DNA of 64,000 bases from Podarcis melisellensis (taxonomy: Eukaryota): assembly GCA_964234715.1 (NCBI GenBank), contig OZ174285.1; one strand, given 5' to 3'. Shown here one piece after another: positions 51,883 to 64,000 of this stretch (positions are counted from its first letter, which is position 1; each line of letters opens with the position of its first letter). The translations under genes and the position numbers were made by a program. Below the pieces are notes generated by a model that saw only the letters and a list, made by a program, of their open reading frames with translations, was not told the origin of the DNA and searched no databases.

Positions 51883-53900
51883 TTATACAAAACATCTATG
51901 CCTAAAATTATGTGAATGGTTAGATCATAATGATTTACTAGAAATTGAACAAGCAGGGTTTACATCTGGACGTTCCACTATTGATCACTGCTTAGTGTTA
52001 GATTATTTTGTCTATAAGTATGTGAAACATTGGAAAAAGTCACTGTATGCAGCCTTTGTGGACCTAAAGGCAGCATTTGATTCTGTATCCAGGGGTAGGC
52101 TCTGGGCCAAATTGGCCAATATGGGTATTAACAGAAGGTTATTACTTCTGATGATTAAGCTTCATGAGAACAACACCCTCCAGATAAGACTTGCACAGGA
52201 CGGCAGACTCTCTAGAGAAATCCCAGTCCAAAGAGGAGTTAGACAAGGATGCCTATTAGCCCCATTTTTATTTAACATCTATGTTAACTCCCTGGTCACA
52301 TGCTGCCGTGAAATCGAAACCCACCCCCCCGTGTTCTCTAACGGCAGAAAAGTACCAGTTTTAATGTATGCGGATGACGCTGTTCTTCTCTCTCAAACCA
52401 AAGTGGGTCTGAAACGTGCCTTAGGAAAGTTTAGTGACCAATGTAACACTGAACTGTTAACAATTAACTTTGCCAAAACCAAAATTGTACATTTTAACCG
52501 CTCCTTCAGGAAAGATAATTGGAGCGTAAAGGGAAACGCCATTGAACAGACTAAGACCTTCCAATACTTAGGCATTACTTTCTCTTACAATGCCAAATTG
52601 TCAACACACCTGACCACATCAGCTATATCAGCAGGAAGAAGTGCAAATGCCATCCTTAGATTATTCAGAAGGAAAGGAGCTGGCTTTCTACCGATGGCCC
52701 TAAAAGTTTTTCAGGCAAAATCTTTAGCCCAACTCCTATATGGCACTCAAATTAGCCCCTCTGTCAACCTTAAGACCCTTGAAACAGTACAATCAAAATT
52801 CTTAAGATCACTATTTGCCACCCCAAAGTGTACACCTAATGCAGTCTTAAGGCAAGAGGCAGGACTACCCAGAGTGGAATTAAAAGTCTGGGAGCAAGCA
52901 ATATCCCTCTGGCTGAAAATCCATTACAATCCTAAGGGACTGTTACCTTGCTTCCTGGCCGCAGTTCCCTATCCTCCTTGGCTTATGCAAATAACTAACA
53001 AGATCAAACAAATTGGCCTAAACCCTGAAAATCTCTTTCTTGGAACTCAGAACAAGGCAAAGGCAATTATCACTCAGAGACTTTACGATGTCGAATTACA
53101 ACAAGAAGACGCCCTACTCCCGGAGACATACAGATGTTTAAAAGCTTGGCCTAACTTTGCAGCTGCCCCTTATTTAACTAACATCACTAACGAAGCTTAT
53201 AGATGGGCTTTCTCCAGAGCCCGCTTTGAGACAATGCCCTCAGCAGTGCTGTACGGCAAATTCACGCGGGTACCGATGCATGCACGTCTCTGCCCCTGTA
53301 TGTCTGATAGTGTAGAATCTGTTACACACATCCTTCTGTCCTGCAGATTTTATAGTGAAGAGCGAGCTCGACTTATCTTGCCGCTTTTGTCAAAATTCGT
53401 ACCCCTACGGCATTATTTGGAATCCTCCCCCAAAATTCTAAGAAAATACCTTCTGGAAGATTCCTCGGGCTCAATATCATATGAGGTGGCCAAATTTTGC
53501 GCTTTAGCAATCAGGAAGCGTAGATTTCTGCTGTTGAATGGCACATAGCGAAGTTCCCTTGTGTAATCTTTTTTCTTCTTCTTCTTGATGTTCTTGTGGA
53601 TCTCCTTTTTGTTTGACCTTGTGATGTTTGGTGTCGCTGGCTTTTGCCGCAACAAAACTTGGTAAACTTGGTAAACCTGGACTTCTGAAGCCCACCCCAT
53701 ATTGCTGTGTTAACCGATCTTTTAATTTTTCTTATAAATTTTTACTCACCCATTATCTATGCCTAATTAAGTATTCTATGTATATGTTTGGTTCTTGCTC
53801 TTATTTATTTAATAATTATTCACTTAGATTCATACTGTTATGCTACTTATTTAGATGTTTTGCTTATGCTGGTCTATGACCGTAATAAAGAACTTGACTT
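51883..53900 (+). mobile_element. second 5'-truncated RTE-X-like LINE (different family), young
   Basis: Exact 17-bp TSD GCTTTGCAAGATTAACT (51866-51882, 53901-53917); 3' end GGTCTATGACC-GTAATAAAG with a short (ACTTG)n tail. Confidence 0.9.
51995..53548 (+). CDS. LINE ORF2 reverse transcriptase C-terminal part
   Basis: Motifs FVDLKAAFDS, GVRQGCLLAP, LMYADD, FQYLG and RLCPC...HILLSC. The frame stays open upstream to the 5' junction (LYTKHL...EQAGF...STIDHCL). Confidence 0.92.
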   Translation: MLDYFVYKYVKHWKKSLYAAFVDLKAAFDSVSRGRLWAKLANMGINRRLLLLMIKLHENNTLQIRLAQDGRLSREIPVQRGVRQGCLLAPFLFNIYVNSLVTCCREIETHPPVFSNGRKVPVLMYADDAVLLSQTKVGLKRALGKFSDQCNTELLTINFAKTKIVHFNRSFRKDNWSVKGNAIEQTKTFQYLGITFSYNAKLSTHLTTSAISAGRSANAILRLFRRKGAGFLPMALKVFQAKSLAQLLYGTQISPSVNLKTLETVQSKFLRSLFATPKCTPNAVLRQEAGLPRVELKVWEQAISLWLKIHYNPKGLLPCFLAAVPYPPWLMQITNKIKQIGLNPENLFLGTQNKAKAIITQRLYDVELQQEDALLPETYRCLKAWPNFAAAPYLTNITNEAYRWAFSRARFETMPSAVLYGKFTRVPMHARLCPCMSDSVESVTHILLSCRFYSEERARLILPLLSKFVPLRHYLESSPKILRKYLLEDSSGSISYEVAKFCALAIRKRRFLLLNGT

Positions 53901-54936
53901 GCTTTGCAAGATTAACTGTTAGCCTGGATGTCCAAAACCAACAGTATGTCCAAAACCAAATATAAATATATATTTTCCATGTGTGTGCTGCAAAAAAATT
54001 TTTTTCTTGCCCTGAGAGAATAACTGAGTTTTATCCTAGCCAATTGTTAAATTGGCTTTTAGGCAGTCTTTGGTAATTTTTCTTACTCATCTGAAAACGA
54101 CAAGAGATTTAATATACAATGTAATTCATTGAGCCGTGTCTGTAGACACTGTAATGTACATAACCTTGAACTTCCATTGATAATATTTAAATAAAACCAA
54201 GAACCTAGTTGAAGGGAGTTGGTAGTTAATAGAGCATTTTTTATCCCACCACAAATAAGAACATCCAAGTTGGGTTGGCCAAAGTAAAGTAAAAGGAAGA
54301 GGAGATCGTTTGGTTCCAGCTGATAGTCAGAAGCACAAATCCCGCCTTGCTAATAAAGGCAAAGTTGCTACTACAGAGTGCAAAAGCACTAACTGGGCTA
54401 ATGCTAAGTAAATAATTTGTGTACCTTCTTCATTATATGTTAAAATTATCTTGATGCTCTCCTTTTAAAAATCACCTGGCAAGTTTTAACCAGTAGGGAT
54501 TCAGGAAACCTCTTTGGGAATGCACACATGGCTCCTATGCTTTTCTTCACAAAGAATTCTTAAGACATTTTGGAACAAATGGTTATTAATATTGTGTTAA
54601 TATTTCACCCAAACCCAAATATTAATTTATTTTATAAAAATAAATCATATGCTGTTTTCCAATCCTTGAAATTTAGACTCTGTGTTGTTTTGGGCAATGC
54701 AGCTTACCTATGAAAGGGATTCTTGTGTGATTTTAAAAGCAATATAGCAATATGCGCCTTTCAGTGTGTTAGGGGCGAAATGCAACTTCGTATAGACTGT
54801 TCTTTATATACACACATGTATATATGGTTTGACAATATAAACCTGTTTTTTTAAAATATATAATATTTAAAATATTTCGCTGCTTAACATTTCACCCCCT
54901 GTGTTTTGTTTCTCTTGTGTTTTTTATGTTTTGTAG

Positions 54937-55079
54937 CACTGATAGCCATTGGCCGATACAGTATGACAATAGAGACTGTGGATGTGGGATGGTGCAAAGA
55001 AATCACAGATCAGGGAGCCACCCAAATTGCTCAAAGTAGTAAGTCGCTCAGATACTTGGGACTAATGCGATGTGATAAG
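54937..55079 (+). CDS. FBXL17: FBXL17 internal coding exon (LRR region; equivalent to human exon 8 from recall)
   Basis: Long T-rich tract plus ttgtag| acceptor and AAG|gtaaga donor. The 143 bp encode (A)LIAIGRYSMTIETVDVGWCKEITDQGATQIAQSSKSLRYLGLMRCDK, an LRR with LxxxxC motifs that matches FBXL17. Confidence 0.96.
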
Positions 55080-58000
55080 GTAAGAATTTGGGCTTTTTTG
55101 CATAAAAGGCTATGTTACATAGGCAAGAGTGGCGTGTCCATTTACTCCACACAATTGCATTCACATTAGCAGTTATTAACCAAAAAAAGCAGCAAATGCA
55201 TATTGGGCATATGATAAGCGTCTCTGATACTGAGTCAGTGATGTTAGTACATTTTTTTGCTGCTTTCTGAATTTTATAATTTCTGTCTTTAGTGGGTCAT
55301 GACATTAATAAAGCAGTCTGTCTTGTCTTAAAACACAGAATAGCAAAAAAATACTGCCGTCTGACTTTCAAAAGAAATAATTTTCAGCTCAGTAACCTTG
55401 ATCACAAATCCTCATTGTAAAAACAGATGAACCAAAGAGCTTTGTGTAGCTCACTCAGAGGAGAAATGTTTCAACTCAATGGCCTTGATTCTTAAATTTC
55501 CCATATATTTTTTCCCCTTTACCGTTTAGAAACACGTTAAGAAGCTCCTGCTTCCTGCATTCTCTTTTTACAAAAGCAAATTGTAAATATGAAGCTATAA
55601 AAAGCCTAGCTTCCGAGCCGAAGAACCACTATTTTGTGAATTGATAGAACATAATACCTTAAACTTGAATGTTTTGTAAAAGCCAAGAGAAGAAAAGTGT
55701 GTGAGAGTCTCCTTTGATGAATTGGGCTAAGATTATCTACTTAGGCTGTTCAAAGGGTTACTTGACCCTGGGATTTAGATTTGACCCCGAGTCACCTGAT
55801 CAATTTTACATACATATCTTTTGTGGGTTTAGTTAAAACAGCTTGTACAATCAGGAAAGACTTAATAAAAGCAATATATTTATCCTGTCTTGAGCTGCTA
55901 AAGACAATCAATGACCTTGATGTTGCAAACAGTTTTTAGTACAACATCAGTTAAACTACGCATACTGTATATTCTTTATTCCTTTAATTGCTGGCTTATA
56001 CTTTCCTGGCTTCCTACAAAGGGACTGCATGCTGTGTAGGGAGACAACTGAGCTAGCAGGAATAAAAATCTGCGAGACGGCTGCAGCACAAATGGGGAAA
56101 ACTGTTTCTGATTAATGGGAAACGTATATTGGGTATCTTGATGAGAATGCTGTAAAGTGTGGCATTAGGGGGACTATTGGGGGTCATTTAACTTGCTTGT
56201 TAAACCTCTTATGTGCAGGAGAATGAGGAAAGTAGCCATAAAAAGAACAAATTTTCGGAAGCTCTATCCTGAATTTAAAATGTTTAAAATGCCGTGTTGG
56301 CAGCTCTAAGAGCTACATGCCTCTTCCACATCTAGAGAATAGAGAAGTTATCATACAAAACCACTTCCTTGACTTTTCTAACTTCATGCAGAACTAATTT
56401 CTTCTTCCAAATGCCAGTGCCCAGAACATTAATGAGAAGGGTTTTCGAATGCCACTGTGGCAGAAAAATGTTCTTTCATAAAGTTGGGTGGGAGCCACAC
56501 ATTGGTCCAGTCTGCCCCTCCCCCGGGTGCTTCTTAGCCTTTTCCCAAATGTTATTTAATATTGCTATACCTGATAGCCACTCCCTTCTTATGTGGCATT
56601 GCCTGACATGCAAGTAAGGAGCTCAGAAACAAAGAGAAATAGATGGGGCATACAGCAATAGATTTCCGCAATCAATACCAAAATACTCTTCATGACATCA
56701 TCTCTTCAGAATTTCTTTGAAACACACTTGAAATAAATTTAGAATTACAAAGGCGTCAAGGGCCTTGCCAAAAAAGATCAGAGAAACTGCAGGCCTGAGT
56801 AAAGGCAGGCTCTGTTTGATTCCATCGATTATATAACTGGCTCTAGGCTATAGATGTCACTAGTGGCTATTCTATTGATCCACACCATGAAAATAATCAG
56901 ATTAATTCATTTCTCATTAAGTTGCCATTTACTGTGGTCTTTTTGATTTCCAAGTACAGTGTGGAAGCAACACATTCACTGCTATAGGGGGGCAGGAACT
57001 GGCTTCATAATCTTAGGACCATGAGAAATAGCAATTTTATGTCTCCATGAAGTCTTAAGTGTTGTTTTATCAGTTTAAACCAAGTATTCTTAAAATGACT
57101 TTCATTGTTTTGCCCAGTTAATGGAGGCTCAGTTTCAAGGAACATGATATAAGACGTAGTTGGAGGTCTTTGCATAAGAGCAGTAGCACCCAATGACTAA
57201 GGACATGACATCTAGTGTCATTGTTCCTCAGGGGTAAGACAGGAACATCAATCACTACTCCTTCTTGACAGAGCCAGAAGTCACACTGTGCAGCTGCCCA
57301 GATGTGGAGATGCCCCACAACTGGGACAGTGCAGGAATTAGCTCTGTCTGTGCACCTATACAGCCCCAACCTCACCCCTGCCCCATCCCCACACTGTCCC
57401 AGTAAGATGCAACAACACTGGTATCCCCCCCCCATGTCACCTGCTACTGCATAGTTGCTAAGTAAGCAGCTAAGGATATTTCACATTTTGTAAACCCCTA
57501 GAGCAGGCATGGAATTGTAGTCCCAAAACATCCGGAGGGCACTGTGGGTTAAAACGCACAGACCAAAGACATTTGGAGAGAAACACTGTACATTTTCCAA
57601 TGTTCCAAGTGGAGTCAAGTTTTCATCGCAAATTTGCTGGATAGTGCCACACTGGTGAAGAAGTAATCCGTTGTTATATTCCTTCTCGAACCCTGTAAAT
57701 GCGGCATTTTCAGTTACAGTCTGGCTTCAGTTTCAAGCTGCTTGGGCCATCTTCTTCCTTTCCCACATACATGTCTGCATCATAAACTTATGGGAAAGAA
57801 TTCAATGTGGCAGCAAGTGGAATATTTATGCATGGAGCATGGTCCCCTTATGCAATGAGGCTCCCCTCCCCGTCCTCCACACACTCCTAAACCTGTTATG
57901 GGGGTTCCTTCAACCCTCCAGAGCTGTTCTGGGTAGACATGTTGGAGCAGAGGGGATGAAGTCCTTATTCTATCTACATAAGTACTTAGTTGTATCCAGT

Positions 58001-60138
58001 ATTATGCCTACTCACAGTAGACCCATTGAAATTAATTGTCATGACTAACATAGGTCCATTAATTTCAATGGTTCGATACAACCCATAATGTTTTGGCACT
58101 GTAACATGACCATTGTACATCTTTGAATGACACTAATTGTTCATTAGTTGTAACATTGCCGTATGATGGCGCAATGTTTTGGTAATTATATCCCTCAGGT
58201 TGTGCGAAGGAGCAACTTTGTCTTTTGCGTTGTTGTTCAGTCTTTAAGCCAGACATCAGAACTGATGAGCTGTTTCTCCCCTGCCTGCAATTCATCATAG
58301 CTCTTTATGCCTTCCATTCAGGATTCTGAAATTTTGCAGGTTACTTTCTTAGGATCTCCTATATGATGCATACTGTTTTCATATTAACATTCTTCTCCAC
58401 AAAACCACAGGGAGGGAAGTGAATCCCTTTTATTACCCCCCTCCAAATCAATTTTCAAGGCACCTAGTACAAAATGCCTTATCCATTCTTCTGAATTTCA
58501 GCAAGTTTCTTACCTAAAGGTACCTCTGTACTGTACGCTATTTTCATACAAATGTTTATATGGAACAGTAGGGGGTGTTAAGTGGTTACCTTTTTAACTA
58601 CAGTCCTTACAGGAAAGCACAGCAGGTATCTTTCTGAAAATTTGCAGTATTCACCACACTTTCTTTTTTTCTTTTATAAAAGTAATTATTTTATCTTTGT
58701 AATGTATTTTATTCTGTTTTTATTATGTCATATATTTTACTTTTTATAATGGATTTGGCGAGACAAAATAAATAATAATCAAACGTAACCACAAAAATTT
58801 CATCCAGTTATTTCCAAAAGTAAAATTGTTACAGCCATTACAAAATGTTCTTCATAATAGTTGATGGATATGCTTTCCATACTGGGGTTTTGGTTTGGAC
58901 CCAAGTCAAATTAGGCAGCTTCTGAATTGGTCCAAATCAAATTGGATTCCCAAATCAAGTGCCAAATTAGGATCTGAAATAAATCTTACGATGCATTGCA
59001 AGTGGGGAATGCTTCCCTGTGCTTTTAACTGTAAGCCTGAGAATTATATTTATCTGATCATTAATATAACTTTGTCATATTAATATCAAAGGACAAAGAG
59101 CTGTTAAAAAGATAGATAATGTCAATATCAAGTCATGTGGCTATTTCTGGTAAATAGTACAAAAGTTTCCTTCACATTATCTCAGTAAGCTGGTAAATAT
59201 TAAAATAAAACAGTATTTAAAAAATGGGTTTAAACAAAAAAGAAAGACTTGAAATAACTTGTGGTTCTTGTATAGAATTACAAAACCTAATCTTTTCTAA
59301 GTATGCAGCGTTTATTTCCAGCCACAAATGGCTGTAATTTGTTCAAATCAAATATGAAGCAATTGTGTGCAATATTGTGTAATATGGGGTACTGTGTGTA
59401 ATATTGGGTATACCAGATCCTCTCACTCAGAGAATCCTATTAGAAAACAATTTACTTCAATGCTTTCATCCACTCCAACCCTATCCAACGTGTTCTTATT
59501 TTAAATTTAGATTTGCAACATTAGCTTTTTAAAAGATAGAACAAAATATGCTTTTGAAGGGAAATGGAGAAGCTTTCTATTAAGTCTATGACTGAAAAGT
59601 GCTTACTGAATTGCTCAGGAAGAAAAGTTTTAGACAGATTATTTCACATCTCCAGTTTAACCAATTCATCCCCACATTGTTTATAATTTCTAATAAATCC
59701 ATTTTCATAAATTATCTATAAACAGGAAACAAGTGAGTATAGATGACTTACATTTCTTTTTGTCTTGCTTCTACTGTAAATTAGAAGTGAAGTGGTAAAA
59801 GAACCACTAAACTTTAATAACTACAAACCCTCAAAGTACAGCTATAGACCTACAAAAATACACAGTGCTTCAGAGAGAGAAATTATACAGGGAAAGCTGG
59901 TCTATAGACATCAGTTTGGTTTTCTTATGACAGCTACAAACATTGCAATTGCTGTGGGTGTCACCAGCATTTCCCTTTTACTTAGTAGCATAATTATTTG
60001 GAGCTTTTAACAATATTGTACACAAACAGGAAACTTCATAAGATGGCCTCCATTTTTTCAGAGCCTATCTAGCTGAACTTAACAAAGCATAAAGAGGCTA
60101 ATACGTTACAAAATTGGGTTTCAAACATCCATGGGTGG

Positions 60139-60548
60139 TGTCAGGGAACTGCCATCGGAGAGTCAGGTGGTGGAAGGGCTCAAGGAGGCTAGGAGAGCCT
60201 CAGATGCGGAGGAAGGAACCAGCAGGGGGAGAGGGAGAGTTCCTGCAGAAACTCAATCGGAGGAAGGGCTCCAAGATGTTTCCAGTGAGAATAGCGGGGA
60301 GGGCTCAGGAACTCCGCTGGGGACGCCCACTCCGCGGAGGAAACTGTCACGCAGAGAATCCAGAAGAAGAGTTTCCGTCAAGGAACTCTTATGTTGGAGT
60401 AAATTCCGGAAACACCCACTGACGGATTCTGCCAGCGATTGAGGTAGCCACGTACCCATGGCTCCTCGAACTGGGAAAGTTTAGGAACTGATGTGAAGCT
60501 TGGAGGACTTAAACGCTTACGCACGAGCAGCCCCCTTTTCCCATTACA
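60139..60548 (+). mobile_element. solo LTR
   Basis: TGTCAGGG...ATTACA, the same termini as 14885-15397; exact 5-bp TSD GGTGG (60134-60138, 60549-60553). Confidence 0.82.
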
Positions 60549-60745
60549 GGTGGTTTACAATGTCTGGTTGCAGGGGTACAAATAATGATTGTGACATTTA
60601 CATATTTAAATTGTTTGCAGCAAGATTGGAAGTCTGGTTTACTAATTCAAAATTATCAGTGCATTGGCTAACCTCTATTAAGGTCAGTTTAAGCCCATAT
60701 CTTTCTTAACCCTTAAAAAGAAATATATGAGTCAGTCTAGGTTGC

Positions 60746-61126
60746 TGTCAGGGCCTGGGCAGAGGGGGAGTGGTGGATTCCGCCTCCCCAGCCTCACCCT
60801 TCCAGAGAAGAAGACGGTTCAGGGGTTTGAGAGAGATCACCGCTCAGAGGCAGATGAGCGGAAAAGCTGGGAAATAATGGGAAAGGAGGAGGAGGAAGAA
60901 GAAGCACCAGAAGGGTGAAAGCTGACGGACACAGTGTCTTTAGAAGGCATTCCAGATCCCCCTCTCCCAGAACCCGGCAAGCATTAGAAGTAGGAGAGCA
61001 AAGAGCTCAAAGGCAGAGGGCACTTTTCAGCACCCGTATATTGAATAAAAAGCAGTTGGTAAGAACTTTTCCTTGTATCCGTTCCTGGTAACCTGCCGTG
61101 GGGGGTCGACCCTCTATCGCCTGACA
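60746..61126 (+). mobile_element. solo LTR (related family)
   Basis: 7-bp inverted termini TGTCAGG...CCTGACA and AATAAA near 61044. The flanks (GTTGC / CCATC) do not form a TSD. Confidence 0.72.
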
Positions 61127-61127
61127 C

Positions 61128-62040
61128 CATCAAAGCACTTACTATTAAGAGAGTTAATATGGGCAGACAATGGGTGACTTACAGGGAATTGCTGGACTAC
61201 GCAAGGGGCGGCCCCAGACTGAAACCTAAGGAGAATTTAAGAAGTCAAGTTACGGATTGGTTACAATACCACCTGATAAATGATAGGTTTAAGGTAGACC
61301 AAAAAAAGGGGGGTTGGTTGGACCAAAACTCACAATTTGAAAAAGAACTGTTACAAAATAAGGATAAACTTCTGTATAAAATGTATAATTTCTTATTAGA
61401 ATGGGAAAGGATGAGCTAGTTAAAGCATCTATGACACACTGGGCAATAGATATAGGACACAATATAGACATAAACCTTTGGAAGAAACTTTGGAAAAGTG
61501 ATTTGAAATTTACCGTGTGTTATTTTCTGAAAGACAACTGCTTGCAAATGATTCATAGATGGTATTTAATTCCAAATAGACTGGCTAAGATGTAGAAAGC
61601 AGAATCAAATACGTGTTGGAAATGTAAAGAAATGGGAGGAACCTTTTTTCATATGTGGTGGACATGTAGAAAGGTGAAAGAATATTGGGAAATGATTTAT
61701 AATGAATTGGAAAAAAAGTTTACATTTACCTTCCCCCAAAAAACTAGAATCCTTTTTGTTGGGAATAATCCAGACAGAAATTCCCAGGGGCCAGAAAAGA
61801 AGAGTGGAAAATATTTATTGAATATATGGAAGATAATTGTATACAGCTGAAAGCACTGGCAGCATTAAGATAAATTCAACAGAGTTAACAATATTTGATT
61901 GATGTAAACGTGTAAAATTGATTTGAATGGTTATAGTAAAATATGCAGGAAAGTATGGCATCTAATATGAACCATGGATGGAGAAGAAGGGAAGTCATTG
62001 GATATTTTAAAGTTTGTAAAATGTTTAATTTGAAATGTAT

Positions 62041-62045
<5 letters not shown>
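61128..62045 (+). mobile_element. degraded L1-clade LINE 3' fragment
   Basis: Frameshifted peptides W..LWK...MIHRWYLIPNRLAKM...CWKC...GTFFHMWWTC match the L1 ORF2 C-terminal cysteine-rich region. Confidence 0.8.

Positions 62046-62096
<51 letters not shown>
62046..62096. repeat. (GA)n microsatellite
   Basis: Perfect dinucleotide run. Confidence 0.97.
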
Positions 62097-62100
<4 letters not shown>

Positions 62101-62469
62101 ACCAAGTTCTTGCAAAGTTCCTCAACTGTTATCTGAGTACTGAACTTCTTCCTCTGAAGATCACTTCAATTAGTCTTCACTGGAATCCACAGTCCTAACA
62201 GATAACCTTCAACAATGCCTTCAACACTTCTTGCAATCTCCTACCATGGCCCAAACAGTCTGCTGTAACCTGATCCCTTTTATATGCAAAGTTACTTGCC
62301 AACTCTGCCCAGTAACACAGATAAGAGAGTCACAAGATTTCTGCTGGTGCATTGTGGGGAATGAGTCATCTCTGCTGACTCATAGAAAATTAACTCATTA
62401 ACTGCAATCCTTAATAGTCCAAACCTCTGACAATCATTAGCAGACCATTAATGACCACTAATGACCCGA

Positions 62470-62853
62470 ACATATGGAGAACTGCAGCAGTTCCACTGTT
62501 ATATGTGCACAAAGTTTAATGAAACAGGAGAAGTGAAATTCAGTCACTTCATGACACTTCATGAAAGAGGGAATACAAAGAGTATTTCCAAATGTAGAGA
62601 TTGCACTGCATATTTTTCTAACATTGATAATTACTAACTGCTCTGCAGAAAACTCTCTTTCTCAGTTGAGAAGAATAAAAAACTCACATGAACAACAGTG
62701 TTTCAGGCAGACTAGATTTGCATAATATTTGTGTCATTTAAAAATATAATATTTTATTTGATGGCTTAGTGTTGCTTTTATTTTGTGTTATGTATGGAGG
62801 ACACCATAATCCTTTCAGTGCTTAGGGCCTCTAAAGGTCTTAATCCTGCCCTT
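62470..62853 (+). mobile_element. hAT (Tip100-like) transposon remnant: transposase dimerisation domain plus right TIR
   Basis: From 62561 the frame reads MKEGIQRVFPNVEIALHIFLTLIITNCSAENSLSQLRRIKN, matching the hAT C-terminal FP...T.cs.ERsFS.l..iK motif. It ends in ...CTTAATCCTGCCCT, a Tip100-like end. Confidence 0.78.
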
Positions 62854-63682
62854 TCTGTAATTCATTTTGACAAAGTGTTGCATCAGTATTCTGGTGAACA
62901 CTGGCTTTCACCAGGTGCATTCATTACCAGGCCACTGCTGTTGCTTTCGATCCATAATTTAAATCGAAGCACATTGTTTGCCTTAACATTCAGGAAATCC
63001 AGAATGCAGATGTTGTGCTGTGCTGTGCTGTGTGTGTATGTGTGTGTTATTCAACTAGTCCTAAGCCCCTAAGCACTGAGGTAATCATTGAAACTCTCTG
63101 GAACATATCGGCCTTAACAGATCAAGTGCATAGCACATCACACAAAATGACTCCACAAACCTTTCATTGTGTTGCAGCTACAGGCAGGAATTATAATTGG
63201 GCCACCTGAGAATGTTATTCATTCAACTATTAGGTTTTTAAAAAGTCAAACATTTGTTGTTATTTTTTTTAAAAAAATGACTTGAGGAAATAATACCTGT
63301 AGAGCAGCAGGATAGCACATAAACCTGCCTAGTCCATTAATTGTAAGCAAGGCAAAGGTGGTGGTTGCATAAAAGTTTTTCAGCCCAGAACAAATGTGAG
63401 GGTTGGACACTGGATATCTTTCTCTGTCCACAGAGTTCACCATGAGTATTGGAATCAAACATCACAGAGAAAACACCTGCAGGAGGACACTGTTCGCTTC
63501 TGCCTATGGACTGAAGACCTTCCATCATTGGTGCTAGTACCATATATATGTACCATCTCCTAGTTTTTATTGGAATTTAATGAATAATGATAAATAGCTT
63601 ATCAAAAATATTTTTTGTCAACAGCAAGTTGATCCATAGGGCTTTAATTGGCACTAGTGATTAGCCATTATTTATTTTAGTA

Positions 63683-63906
63683 CAGTGGTACCTCGGTTTT
63701 CAAACGTAATCCATTCTGGAAGACTGTTGACTTCCGGAACATTTGAGAACGGAAGCATTTACTTACGGAAAACTCAATATGGCAGAGGCATGGCACGATC
63801 GACTTCCGAAAAGCATTCAAAAACCGAAGCAGTTACTTCTGGGTTTTTGGCGTTCGAAAACCGAAATGTTCAACTTCCAAAACGTTCGAAAACCAAGGTA
63901 CCACTG
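63683..63906. mobile_element. Tigger-like MITE
   Basis: TA|CAGTGGTACCTCGGTTTTC...GAAAACCAAGGTACCACTG|TA. Confidence 0.9.
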
Positions 63907-64000
63907 TACTTCTCCAGCTTCCAAATGGAGTTCCTTATTTTGGGCAGCTTCCCACATTTCAGTTGTTGCTACATGGAAGGCACAGAAGTGAAATCTGTGT

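Larger units (their letters stand above)
9948..54936 (+). other. FBXL17: ~45 kb phase-1 GT-AG intron of FBXL17
   Basis: Starts GT at 9948 and ends AG at 54936. The flanking exons splice in frame, and I recognised no other FBXL17 coding segment between them. Confidence 0.88.

Noticed and set aside
45800-53548. Two RT ORFs as a retron, DGR, group II intron or domesticated RT system
   Set aside because: Both have LINE ORF2 motifs, 5' truncation, TSDs and LINE-type tails inside a vertebrate intron. There are no accessory genes or template/variable repeats.
54906-55169. 87-aa ORF as a standalone gene
   Set aside because: Only 54937-55079 is the FBXL17 exon. The rest is polypyrimidine tract and intron read-through.
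60114-60918. Glu/Arg-rich ORFs
   Set aside because: They lie inside purine-rich solo LTRs and show no recognisable protein domains or splice context.
61885-62143. SL/RE-repeat ORFs
   Set aside because: Translations of (GA)n.
1-64000. CRISPR array, operon or prokaryotic/viral insert
   Set aside because: No regularly spaced repeats, gene-dense segment or viral ORFs. The composition fits a squamate intron throughout.

Overview
AT-rich vertebrate genomic DNA from a squamate reptile. A lacertid lizard is likely, inferred from the Sauria SINE, BovB and MITE repertoire. The whole window lies inside FBXL17 (F-box/LRR protein 17, + strand). It holds two short coding exons, 9871-9947 (77 bp) and 54937-55079 (143 bp), joined in frame across a ~45 kb intron. 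The rest is intronic and rich in repeats: two young 5'-truncated RTE-X-like LINEs with open RT frames and exact TSDs, two BovB 3' fragments, Sauria SINEs, L2/CR1/L1 fragments, solo LTRs, many hAT, Tc1-mariner and PIF MITEs, a hAT transposase remnant and microsatellites. Almost all six-frame ORFs are noise or repeat-derived. I see no convincing new multi-gene system. The most interesting unexplained signals are (i) a 112-bp LTR-derived insert flanked by a 16-bp LINE-type TSD, (ii) a pri-miRNA-shaped hairpin at 43150-43235, (iii) two BovB copies truncated at essentially the same base, (iv) the young sense-oriented RTE-X insertions carrying AATAAA upstream of an exon, and (v) candidate recursive or cryptic splice sites.
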